This document shows positions 19,946 through 32,667 of a stretch of 64,000 nt of DNA, in pieces. Position 1 is the first letter of the stretch. Every line of letters begins with the position of its first letter. The stretch is taken from the NCBI GenBank assembly GCA_002811645.1, contig PDIP01000016.1:1-64000 (forward strand). Reading direction: 5' to 3'. The position numbers were made by a program, and so were the translations under genes. The stretch is from Corallochytrium limacisporum Hawaii (lineage: Eukaryota > Protista > Pluriformea). Under the pieces are notes generated by a model that did not search any database, was not told where the DNA came from, and saw nothing but the letters and a program-made list of their open reading frames with translations.

Positions 19946-22391
19946 CTCTCTCGCTGTGTCTCCCGGCTCCCTTGGCTTCCCCAGTGCAGCAGCAGCCACA
20001 CGCACCACACGCACACACACACACTCTCTCTCCTCTGCGCTCTGGATCGCTTCGCTCTGTGTGTGTGTGTGTGCAGCCAGCAGCTGGCCACGCTTCCCTC
20101 GCTCCCGTCCCCGCAACCCAGCCCACCTCGATTTTTCGTCCTCGTCAGCAGTACCCTTTGTCCATCCTCTCTACGTTCACTATGGAAATACGAATCGAAT
20201 ATCCACACCCTTGAACCCGAGGGGTGACCTAAATAAGAAAAAGCAAATTCAAAAAAAGCCAACTGCGGGTGTTCTCGCTCGCTGCCTTGGCTCTCTCACT
20301 CCTGTGTTTTTTGTGTTTGTGTGAGTGAGTGGGCCACCGAAGTTTTCTATTTTGTTTTGGGACCGGACCACAGACTGCCGGGCCTTGTCTCATTTCATCA
20401 CGAATTGTATGTCCTGGGTCGGCCACCAGCATCACTCCGATCTAATTATCCATTCATTTTATATATAATAGATAGCACCATTGGCTGATGGAACACTTGC
20501 CTGCCACTCCCAAACTCCAGGGAATCCAAGGACACACTCACCGAAGACAAAAAAACTCTGGCGTGCGGATGGAGGCCTTCCGAAGCAGGCGGTACCAAAG
20601 ATCGGCAGCGGCAGGACGTATGGCACAATGATCAATACATTATATATATATATATAGATAATCTAACCAGATATATACAAATTCAATCGACGTCAAAGGG
20701 GAAGCGGCATTCCAGAGATTCGATCGTGCACGTCTTACGGAATGCCTTTCGGACTGAACAAGCAGCAATTTCCGCATACCACCCACACTCCATAAGCAAG
20801 TGTGGTATCATGGACGTAGACTGTTCACAGTTTCTTTTTTTTTCTTTTGTTTTGGTTTTGGTTTGGTTGGTTGACTCTTGGTTTTTTTTTTTGGGGGGGG
20901 GGGCTTATTCTCTTTATTCTACCACTCCCGACGTCCCGGCACTCACTCTGTGCATATATTTTCCCCCCTATTTTTTTTTCCTTTCTTTCTTTCCTTGTCT
21001 GGCTCGTTATGGTTTTGCGTCGTGGGGCAGAGAGTGCTCGCTGCGCACACACACACACACAGGCGCGTTCGGAGGGGAGAGTGTATTCCATCTCTGTCTT
21101 GCGGAATGAAATGCGAATCTTTTGTAGTCGCACACGTACACTTCCTTTTGCAGTTCTGCGTTTTCTCTTCGCTCGTTCAGGGCTTGTACCTAGGCCGAAT
21201 CTCTCTCTTTCTCTCTTCTTTCTTTCCCCCCTTTTTTTCTTATCTTTTTACCTAAAACTACGAGCCAAAGAATCCTCGGTTTTGTTCGCAAGGTTCTGTG
21301 TGTGTCCTAGTGCACCTCATCAACTTCGTCACTACGCTCCATAAATGGACAACACGAGGAAACCAAAGGAGAGAAAAAAAAAGAGAAGCGAAGGAATTGG
21401 AATGATTTCAAGGGAGCGCAAGAAAATAGTAACCCACTTTTCTACCCGTTTTCCCTTTTTGCTCGGTACGGAATCCGGGGGAGATGGCAACTTTCAGTCA
21501 AGTCAGCCATGGTACCGACGTAAAGTCCGGTTGATTCACACCCGGAAACCCGGCTGTATAACGATGGAACTTGAGGGCACCTACCCGTGTGTCCGCCCTG
21601 GACATGTACCATGTTGATGTATGCAGTTCATCTCACATAATGAATGTACCGTATGATGTTGAAACGATGTTTGCACGAGGCCCAAACGCCCGGAGAATCC
21701 AAGGGACCCGTGAGAAGGACTTCCCCACCTCCTTCAACAGCGGCGCAAGCAATAAAGAAAAAGAGGGAAAAAAAAAGAAAACGCTAAGGCATGAATGTAT
21801 CACCTTTAATCGGCTAAAACGCAGCGCGGATGGGAGGGGGTTTAACGAGGAAGAAAAGGGTTTCGATCATCACCCGCTGCGGTGCTCGAACTCCAAAACA
21901 AAAAACAAAAAAAAATTACACACACAAATACACAGTGCCCCGGCGAGGAGGAGGGGAGGGGAGAGAGATAAAAACAAACACGCACACCCACACACACACC
22001 CTCCCCGCGGGGAAGCCCCGCCATTCTTTTGGTTTTGTCGTTGGGGGAATCGTCCCAGCCCAGCCGCTTTGCCATTATATCATCGGGCGAGAGAAAATGG
22101 GCGTCATGGTTGGTGGTAGTACAATACGGAGACCCAGGCTGGCTTTCCGCTGGCTGAGGTCAGGGGAAAACAGCGGGGTGACGAAGAGCCCAGCTAAGCC
22201 AGAACGGGACAAATTTCGCATGGGATTTTTTAATGGGCTTTTGGGTTGCTGCTGTGCTGGTGTGTTTTCTATGTGTTCTTGGGAAGGGGGGTACGTTGGC
22301 CCGATTTGCTGATCCTTTTTTTCTGTTTTCTTGGGTTCGTACATGTAAATATATTTACTATGGAGATCGCTCTGTCTAACTCTTTCCTCCT

Positions 22392-22432
<41 letters not shown>

Positions 22433-23065
22433 CACGCGCACGCACGTATACCTTCGCGCTCACCGCTGTGTGCCGCCGTAGAACGCAAACGGCGCCGACG
22501 TTTGCATTATCAGTCTACCCGTTCGTCATTGTTTCATTATTAGATGAAAGATTAGAGGGGGTGCACACCAGAGGAATTTTTTTTCTTATTTCGCATATGT
22601 TTTTGGCAAGCGTAGGGGCATGTGATTATTTCAAACACTGGCTGCCCAGTATATTAACCATACGCAATGTTTGTTGTAAATGAATTCGCCGGCTCACCGC
22701 CTCCCGGGTACTTGTGGCGTGCCTTTGCTATCGATTTTATATTTGTCTGTTATCCGTCTCTTTCATCACCGAACACAAGATCGAAGGTTTTTTTTCCCTT
22801 GCCTTCAGTGTCCCTCTTCCGGACACACAGGATACACTACGCCATACTTTCAATATGTAAAAGATGGAGAATCGTTATCGGGGGTGAATAAGAGTTGGGG
22901 TTTGCGAAATACGAGCAGACCCCGCCCGTCCCCCCGGGGAGGGGGGGGTTCCAAGGCCAGCAACCGAAGAAAACATTATACACTACGCACGGGCGCAAGC
23001 GTTAAAAGCCACGGCGGTGGCGGTTGGTGGTTACGGGTCGGGTTGGCGAGCGCTGCTATTTCATT

Positions 23066-23825
23066 GCTGCTGCCCGCTCCCCCCCCGGGGGGGGTGGGGA
23101 ATCACCGGTCGAGAAAATCGTCCGAACGCCCCTCCCCACCCCCCTTCCAAACCGGCGAGGGCAGACCGGTTGCGCGGGTGAAGGGAGGATCACGGGGCAG
23201 AAAAGTCGGTATCGGCAGGTGCCCAAGAATTTGTTTCGCTTTGGGCAGCTGGATGCTACCTGCAGGTCATTGTCGTCATCGTTACATATGGCGGGTGAGA
23301 AGAGCGGGTTCATTGATCGTTCCAAAGACCAGGGCATGTACTATCTACCGTGATATGTTTGTGGTCAGCGAGGGATTCTCAACTGTTCTGACCGCGAACG
23401 ATGGCTGATGATTGATGTTGATGTGTCATGCTAATGAGAGGACACAAGAATGAAGTTTTGGTGTATTTATTACCATGGGAGTGTATATGTTTGTGTGTGT
23501 TTGTGTGGATGAATAGACAGTGTGATGTCGCAGCAATGAGTCAATAGGCTCCGCATCCGCCATCATCAGAAAGGGCAGAGGACATCAGTTTCCCTGCACA
23601 CCTCTAGAATGCCATCACTATTCCCGTACACTCAAAGAAAACATCATCACCCTCCGTTTTTGTCATGGACAATCGAACAGCAACGCCAACCTTATCATCC
23701 ACCTATGCCGAAGACAGCGGCAGGTCCCGTGAAAAGCAGTTCGCACAATCGTCTCAGGACCACGGCTACCATTTGCAATTCCGCACCATATCCCCGCCCC
23801 CCCCGGGGGGGGAGCGGGCAGCAGC
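23066..23825. repeat. 35-bp inverted repeat pair (23066-23100 / 23791-23825) enclosing about 690 bp
   Basis: gctgctgcccgctccccccccggggggggtgggga matches the reverse complement of tccccgccccccccggggggggagcgggcagcagc at 34/35 positions. Confidence 0.85.
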
Positions 23826-24622
23826 CCCCCCCCCCCCCGGGCCGGAGGCCTTTCTCCTTAGATTCCTGGCGATGCGACACTATCAGGCAGGGACACGCTG
23901 AAAAAAGGGGAGCGCTCGATTTAGTAAGAAAAGCAGTGAGCTCGTGCATAAACTATCCAAGGTCTACTTACAAGTTTCGGGAGACTTTCAAGATCCGCTT
24001 AAGAGGTTGCTCGCTCACCATGGCATGTGATTCTTATGTATATGCGCAAGATTGTGGTTTATGGCAGTGTACTCCCGTCGCGCTACTGATCTACCACCAC
24101 TCGGCAAGTTAGGTATCACGACGGGGATTCATGGTCGCACGGCGCCGCTGCCGTCTTCAAAGCAGGCCACGACCTCACAGGCTCTGTCAATGCCAGAGCA
24201 ATCGTATCATTTCCAGGATGCGGGACCCTGGGTGAGAGATACGCGCCTCCATGCAGGTGACATTGGAAACGACCACCGTGATGAGGCTGCTCCCCAGATC
24301 CAAGCGACCCCGCGGTCCGGGGCCTAATTACATATTGTGAGAACAGAACTTAATTTGATATACTTTTAATCGCGTTCGCGAACCGAAACGTCACGGACTG
24401 TGATGGTGGCGATAGGTGTACCACCTGCAAATCGGTTGCCAACAATAGTGTTCACAGCTGCTCGAATCCCGGTTCGAACATGCCATTAGTAGATATGAAA
24501 CAATGAATCGAGTGTCGTAGAAATGGTGTTTTAATATGTATGGGATTGGAAATGACGTTGATGATGGATGGTGATGGAATGGGGAAATATTTGTTCATGG
24601 CTGGCTGGCTTCGCAAAGGTGC

Positions 24623-25114
24623 TCAGCAAAGAATGGCCGCAAGGGTAGTGCCTGGCTGGGCAAGACTTCCCGGACGGCGGCCCATTTTGTTACTGACATC
24701 GACATTGGCATCATGCTGCATGAGGTAGTGTGCTAGATCTATGTCATTGTTCATGACCGCAATGTGCAACGGCGTGTTTCCGTCCTTCTCAGTCGCGTTC
24801 ACGTCGGCTCCGGCGCGGATCAGTTCAAAGGCAATTTGCATGTTGTGGGCAGCCGCGGCCACATGCAGAGGAGTAAGCCCGTTCTTGTCTGCCTTGTTGA
24901 CCTTGATCTTCTTTTCCTTCAGTAACCTCGACACACACTCTTCGTGCCCATTGGCTACGGCGAGGTGCAGAGGTGTGGCACCATTCTGTTTCTTGTCAGT
25001 CACATTGAAGTCTGCGTTGGCATTAATTAACCGCTCCAGCTGACGCATATCTCCACGGGCAGCCGCATCGAGGATACCATCCTGGCGTTTCGATGCCATC
25101 CAAAAGTTCATCAT
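24623..25114 (-). CDS. Ankyrin-repeat protein (about 4 repeats)
   Basis: GATPLHLAV, GLTPLHVAA, GNTPLHIAV, GADVNA. 163 aa. Confidence 0.92.
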   Translation of the reverse strand: MMNFWMASKRQDGILDAAARGDMRQLERLINANADFNVTDKKQNGATPLHLAVANGHEECVSRLLKEKKIKVNKADKNGLTPLHVAAAAHNMQIAFELIRAGADVNATEKDGNTPLHIAVMNNDIDLAHYLMQHDANVDVSNKMGRRPGSLAQPGTTLAAILC

Positions 25115-28100
25115 GGTTCCAAATTTTGCAACAGGACACTTGGGGGGCCTCTGGTTTGTCCCTGGACAGATGTGGAAATGTCACAGTACTTTATACCGAG
25201 CGCCGTGTCTTGTGTCTTGAACACCTGACCATGACGCAACAGGCCACCCAAGGTACAACCGAACAATGAACAACCCTAGTGACCCGGGAAAACAAGGCGT
25301 GGAGAGAGTGCCCTCAACACCTGACAAAGGCCACACTCGGCGGAAGAATAGGAGCAGCTTCCACATCACCCAGCACATCATGCGACCGGGACTGACAACG
25401 ATCTACGCACCGCTACATTTTACCCCTACCCCTCTCTCTCCGGACCCCGCGGGGCTCCCTTTCACTCTACCAAAAGCGCACCCCGGGGAATTGGTCCAAA
25501 TTCGGTAGTGACTTGCCTCGCAAAGGTTGGGAGACTCTCTCTCTCTCTCTCTTACGCACCACCACCGCGGTGTGGCAAAAAAAGACTTTGTGCCCCCCCC
25601 TTTTTGCCCAAAAAAAATAGAACCGTCGGGCACGCGACGCGACGTGGGTTTTAGTTTCTGTTTTTTTTAGTGTGTGTGTGTGTGCGCGCGTCGTTTCAGC
25701 TCTTCTTTCTCCAAGGTACGGGTAGGGTGGGTTTCCATATTACTTTTTTCCCGAACGTCTCCGGGCATTCACCCTTCCGTTTTTTCTTTTCTTTCCTTCT
25801 TTCGGCTGACGTGTCCTGCGTTTTTGTCCCCCAAACCCCGCGCCCGGGATATAAAACGCTAAATAAAGGAGAGACGGAGAGGGGAGGCACTTGATAGGGA
25901 GAGACGGAGGACCAAGAGAGGAGAAGAAAGAACAGGACTCAGAACAAATTCTGCAACTCCGTACCTAGTACACTTGCGGCCCCAGTCCAAAAGAAAAAAA
26001 AAAAGAAAGGGAAAGACAAAATGAAAAGAAGAAATAACCGTCGGCTCGGAGATGCGGACGGGCAGCAGCAGCAGCAGCAGGGCAAATGCCTTTTTGGGGG
26101 GGGGGAAGTGGGGAACGTTGGTATTCTTTTTTGTTTTTTTTTTGCTTTCATCGACGGTTAACGGTGGCGTGCCCGGCTGAGCACGAGATTTGGCGGTCTG
26201 GCTGTTCCCAAATGGAGGGCTCCCAGATACAGTACATTCAATATTACACACAGGGAATTCGCAGGTGACGGACTTGCCGCGATTTGTTTTGGCTTTTTTT
26301 TTCGGCTGTGTTTTCTTCCAATTCGTACGTTCTCGGTGCGCGCCACGCGTCATTCTGACACCTCCACTGCCAGCCCCACGGAACATTTACTATGGAAATT
26401 CCTACGGCAAGTGATCCAAAAGTGCCCTCTGTTCCTTTGCGGGTCCAACTCCAAAAACTCTCCTCTCCGCGGGAGAGGCAGGGAAGGGCAGGGGAGGAGG
26501 AGGAGAGGGGGGGGGTGTTTCGTTAATACGTAAACCTGTTTATCGCAAGGACGTATCCGCGTAAAGCCTGATAGTTTAGGCAGGTGGAGTGATCATTTGC
26601 CAGGGCCCAGCCCCTTCCTTCCTTCGTTCCTTCCTTCGTTCCTTCTCTCTTCTCTCTGCGCATTTGGATAAAAAAGAAGACCAAGAGCCAGGGAGGGAGA
26701 GTGTGTGTGTGTGAGTGTGAGTGAAAGAAAGAAAAAAAAAAGGAAAAACTACAACAGAGGAAAAAAAAAGTTGGTGGTGGCCCCTTACCATCGGTAGTAA
26801 GTACCACCGATACCTGTTGCCTAAATCAGGAGGCACAAGGGGTGGGAGTGGCAGAAGAAGAAGAAAGGGAAGGGAAGGGTGGCGGGGAGGCAAACTCTAA
26901 CTCTCTCTCTCTCTTGGCTTTTTCTCTTGTTTTTTTTTTTGCTCCACGGGTCGATCGGAGATAACGCGAGCAGGCAGAGTAGTCTTTGTGGCTGCGGTGG
27001 GGGGAGTAGGGGAAAATTATACACAGCGGAAAAGGCGTGACCCAGGGGTGTCGTTATCACCCGATCGCCCCTTGAGAAAAAAAGGGTTTGGTACCTTTGG
27101 AGCAGAAGGAAAAGAGAAGGAAAAAGAAAATCATGGCCGCGCACCAAACAAATGTTTAAGACCTCTCTAAAAATAAAGCCAATAGAGAAAAAAATAGAAC
27201 CAAATCATGATCCCATCGCTCTCTCTCCACACACGCACACGCACGCGAACACCTTCAATGCAAATGGCCAGAGCGATTTGGTTCCCTGGGTGGTTTCTTA
27301 GTGCTTTAACTTCGGGCCCTTCCCTTTCGTTTTTGTTTCTCAGCCCATTCCAACTGCCTGGGTTTCTCTTTTGTTCCATAGGTTCAGTATGGTGGAAGGC
27401 GGTACGAGTCCAGTATTTTCCCAAGCTTCTTGTCCATGAGGTGCCGTCCTGGGGGTTTCCAGGGAACCGATCTCACGTACTGAAAGTATTAAGAAAAGTC
27501 TTTCCTCTCTCTGGCTCTTGGTGTTTTTCTTGTAGCCTGAGGAATTGGCCGGTTGTGGCTCTATACTGAACGTATCGCACAAAGAGGGACAAGCCACCTC
27601 GCACGGAGAACTGCGGTGGGTCTTTCGAGGGTTGTCAATTTCGGCCCAGTTCCGCCTTCCTTTCCTTTCCTTTTATTTCCCATCCTTCTCTGTCCCTCTC
27701 TCTCTCTCTCTCTCTGTGTCTCTCGCATTCCCTCACTAAGCACGAGGCGTGGAATCGCGTGCGGCAACAGAACATTCAGTACGAAACACAAAAGGAACAG
27801 AAATGCACATGGCCCATCAATCGGTATATCAAAAATAAAATCTGGCAAAGGGCCCAAAAAAAAGGAAAACAAAAACACAAGGAAAAAAGGTAGCAAAATA
27901 AATAAAAAAAAGAGGGGGGGTTTGCAGGGCCAGTGTACATTTACAACAAAGCCACGCTCCCTTCAAGGAGCTGTCCTTGCAAAGCAGAATCCCAACCACC
28001 CCCAAATGTTTGGACTGTGTGCGGCGCAAATTGCCCTGGACCACCAGTGGGGGGGGGCCTTAGTACACTGTACCGGGTGAGTTGAGTGCCGGCCCCGTTG

Positions 28101-31100
28101 GGGCTTTTTGGTTGTTTGGTTTTTCTTTCTCTCTGTGCGGCTGGCATTTGGATGAAAGCGAGGACGTGCTAACAGAAAGGCTTTTTCTGCGGTTGCTCTG
28201 AGTGAGAGTGCCCACAAAGTGAACGTGGTTAGCTCCCTTGTATTTGACCATACATAGGAAAATTCTGGGTCACTCGCTGATCAAACCAACAGATTTCTAA
28301 GATTGTCCGTTGCTGAGGCTTTTTTGAGATCGAGGATCATGGACACGTACCTTCACTATTGCAAGAGCCCGGACTGCGGTGGGTTCAGCGCAGTACCACT
28401 GTGTGGTAAACGGAACTGTATCATCAGTCAAATCATTGCAAAAGCAAGATCTACGACTGTCACGTAGCCGGCTTCGTCGAAGACAACTCGGGTATGTCCG
28501 TGTTATTCGAAAGGCGATGCCGCTTGAACTCTGGACCCCTGCAAAAGTAAAGTGATATCGTCTGTTCCAGATGCCGGCTGTCCCACAGCTGGCCTATAGT
28601 TGTTGCAACCAAACTGGGTGTTCGCGTGACTCCGTCTGGCTGGCAGTAAGACATCTCAACGGTGCTGCCAGTTCTGGTCAGCAGATGACCAAAAATAGGT
28701 TCATCCTTTTCTTCAAGAGGAGCATGCTAACGAAACCACCACGAGCATGCTGAAGAGTGTTGCTTTGGCATAGTCCCATGATGACATCGGATTGTTTGTC
28801 TCCCATCTAGTCATCTGCTCGGTTCAAAGAATCAGAGAGATTGACCCAGGCCGGTCCAAGGGTCTGGCTGGATACGTCGCCAGGGCGGGACAGTGATGAC
28901 CCCGCTAAATTGCTGGGACAGCGATTTGGCCCCGACCAAGGGGAACATCGAAATCTGTCACATGTGCAGCGAAATCGTCCCCTTTTGAGCCGGATATGAC
29001 CTGATCAAACAGGAGCAGTGGGAGCAGTGCTGTGAGAAGCAGATCAGAACGGCGCTTCCATCATGGTTGCCTGCTAGCCCTTAAAATGCCCAAAATGAAT
29101 CACATGCATTTCAGTCGTTTAATCCTCAGTGGGTTGCTTACGAGCAGAATCTTCGCGTTAAAGCGCCAGTCTGCAGGAGACAGATCAGGGTCCTCTGTCG
29201 CTCAAGATTCTGATCAAAGTTTGCATGCTCCATCATCTGGTTTCGACTGCGGCGAGTCGCAGAATTCGGTCATCTGAAGGAGAACCACCGATTATGTGCA
29301 GCACTGGGTGTGGTGAAGATGATACTACAGGATTTTGGCTTGATGGCGATGCATTCTAGGACATGGCAAGATCCATGGGTAATCTTCCAAGCCCGGAGCA
29401 CCTGGATGTTGTGAGGGCGCGGGCCATGGACCGTCTATCCCTAAGAAGCCCTGTCATTTTGGGCGGGGCCCGTGACGGGATGGCCCTAGGCACGGGGGTC
29501 CAGATCTGGGGCCTATTTTCGTAAATACAAAACTTCTCCCAGGTTTAAAGCAGGAGAGGCATTTCGCTTCCTCAGTACTATGACTACCGGGAAAACTATG
29601 TCCTGCACCAATGAACAGAAAGCGGTCAAGATCCTGCGCAGTACCCGTGAAATGATTTTGCCTCTCGAACCCCCATGTGTTTTGAAAGATTGGGGGGGGG
29701 GGGTTGGTCGGTTTCTCTGGCACACATTTTGCTTTCTCTGGTGTACACGGTTATCGTGATTGTTTTTGGCACATGATCGTCTTGCACACCGTGTACCCGG
29801 CGGCAGCAGTCCCGTCAGTACACAACCCGCCACCAAGTGGGATAAGAAGAGCGGTAAAAGCTCACTTGGGTGGCCTGGCCGTGGTGAGCACGGTTTTCAG
29901 CTCCCATGTGGGGCGGGTATGGTGCTGGACACAGTACAACCGGGCCTGCAGTTTGGCATGTCGTACACGTGGCTCTGTGCCGTATTGCCCATGCCAGGAC
30001 GTGGATCGGAGTTAGACAGTGCATGACATGAGGTCACTTCAGTTCTGCTTGCTCGGCACCTGCAGGGACTCTGCCTTTTATTCGCAGATGCCGCCGCTCA
30101 GGGGACGAGAGAACTTTTGGGCATTTTGCCTGCCACACAGCGCACATGAGCCAAAAAGCCACTGCGGAAGCTGCAACAACCAGCCGTAGCCGATGGCTGC
30201 CGCATATCCGCGAGTGCGTCCAGTGTGTGACGGAATCCTGCAGGAATTTCATGCCCATCAACGATGCTGCATGGGGGGGGGCGGGGCAGCGGCGCTGTGG
30301 ATTGTCCGATGTGTGCACCGCGCCAGGCACACAGATTGCCGCACTCTTCCACAAAGACGGCGCTCAGGCGTTCCTACGCAGGCTTTCTGCGGCCGCATTG
30401 CTGGCTGCGTCTCGCAACCATCTCGGGCTCGGCTCGCCTGATCATTAGTCTCCGGAACTGATGAGCTGGCTGGTACAGGATTGTTTGTTTTGTTGCCGTC
30501 CGGTTTAGTGGGTTGATGCTTTTCTTCGCCGTCGTTGGGGGTTGGTCGTTCCTTGAACCGGGAGTCACCACCCCGGCCGCTGCGGCGCCCGGAACTGATG
30601 ATGCTCGGACGAGGCAATGGATCTGGTGGCAAACGGCCAGTTCCCCACTGTGTGCACAGAAAATATATCAGCCGCCATGGAGTAGAGCAGCATGCATCTA
30701 CTTTGCGGGCTTAAGGCACTTCTGTGTGCACTAAGTATCATGCCACACAGAGCAGGGTAGCCAAGCCATTAAGGCCAAAAGTACTGCGAACGCCCCAGGA
30801 CGCCATCCCCTGGGCCCCACGGGGCAACCGGTGGCAAATATCTCCGCGGAACGAGATACATCTGGGCTGTGCACTCGTTTTGGGCGCTCTCTGCAGACTT
30901 GAGCCATCTTTTGGACGCTGGAATTCGGTGCGCTTCCCTGGCGCGCCCCCCCCCGGCCCCCGGGGGGGGGGTGTCCTTGGTCGAAGGTTTCCCTGGACCC
31001 CGCAGCTGGGAGCGCGCACCCGGTGCAATTAGATACACAAGTGGTGCACCGGGAAACCCCTCTTACCCCAAAAAAAGGGAGAGATCTTCTTCCCCATAGC

Positions 31101-32334
31101 GTCCCCAAGCGCGGTGGCGGTAAAATTGTCCTTTTCTCTTTTCCTTTTTGTCGTTTTGTGCCTGTCGGGCTTAGAGGGAGCGCAGCAGCGGCGGGACCTC
31201 CTTCAACTCCCCCCCCCCAACCCCAACCCCAAAAAAAGTGTTGAGAAAATATCCAAATCGCGGGTGGCATACCTACCGACTTGAAAGTATTGGCCACCGA
31301 AAACTCCCGCTTGCCTGCGCAAATGCAAAAATTAAACAAAATAAAAGAAACAACAAAAAAAGAGAAAGAAGAAAGGGAAACAATCCACAGCAAAACCTCC
31401 CCGCCGGGGAGCACAAGGGGGGTTTGGGTTTTTTCTTCCTTATACCTTCCAAGCCTTGGGTAGTAGTAGCGAACACCACCAATCGAAGGAAGCAAACCAG
31501 TAGAAACCGTTTAGAAAGTGAAATCCTCCCCAAACCCCCCCCTCCTCCTCGTCCTCCTCGCCTGCTCGCAAACCCTCCGCCCGGAGGAAAGGACACTTTT
31601 GCCCAAAAACAGAGAGTCAAACTTTCTTAAAAAAAACCTCCGCGCCAAACTTTTTGCCATTCTTAGCGTGTGATCAAAAGGAACACCAAGGAACGCCGGG
31701 CCGGAACCAAAAGAGTTAAAGTCAGACAAGTTTGAGTGGGACGAAAAAAAAAGGACTCTTTTGTTCCCCGCGACCAGGTCCATCCCGCACGCCATACCAA
31801 AAACCAAGACCGAATAAAGAAAACAAGCAAAAGAAATGTCTAGGACACACGCATACACACACATACCAAAAAGAAAAACAGAAAAGGTAAAAGTGATAAG
31901 TATCCAGAAAATACCCAAATATAAGGTAGAGAAACACCACCACGTCGAACACCAATTCACACACACCATCGAAAAGAAAAAGACATGAAGAAAAACAGAC
32001 ACCAGGGAATGGACGGAGCAAGAAAAAGAGAGAACAAAACCCAAGCAAATACCCCTGCTTAATTTTAAGAAGTTCAGAAATCAATAGAACCCCCACGGGG
32101 AGCAAAAGGGGGGGGGGAGACAAGGTTGGCCAGGCACCGGGGGAATGCGAACGGGGAAGGAAGAGGAACGTCGGAGGTTGTGTAAGGAAAGAACTGGGAA
32201 ACTCGCAAAACACACACGAGAGACAAAACAAAAAAAAAACCCAAAAGCAAAAAAAAAAAAGAAAACAAAGAAAAAACTGAAACCACACAGACGAATTGAA
32301 TTAAGAAAATGCAAGAAGGGAGGGGGGGGGGGGG

Positions 32335-32667
32335 NNNNNNNNNNNNNNNNNNNNNNNNNNNNNNNNNNNNNNNNNNNNNNNNNNNNNNNNNNNNNNNNNN
32401 NNNNNNNNNNNNNNNNNNNNNNNNNNNNNNNNNNNNNNNNNNNNNNNNNNNNNNNNNNNNNNNNNNNNNNNNNNNNNNNNNNNNNNNNNNNNNNNNNNNN
32501 NNNNNNNNNNNNNNNNNNNNNNNNNNNNNNNNNNNNNNNNNNNNNNNNNNNNNNNNNNNNNNNNNNNNNNNNNNNNNNNNNNNNNNNNNNNNNNNNNNNN
32601 NNNNNNNNNNNNNNNNNNNNNNNNNNNNNNNNNNNNNNNNNNNNNNNNNNNNNNNNNNNNNNNNNNN
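32335..32667. other. Assembly gap (others at 19789-19841, 38146-38407, 41592-41623, 47388-47441)
   Basis: N runs, each bordered by G/C tracts or microsatellites. Confidence 0.99.

Noticed and set aside
24440-24490. tRNA T-arm-like gctcgaatcccggttcgaaca
   Set aside because: No acceptor, D or anticodon stems could be folded.
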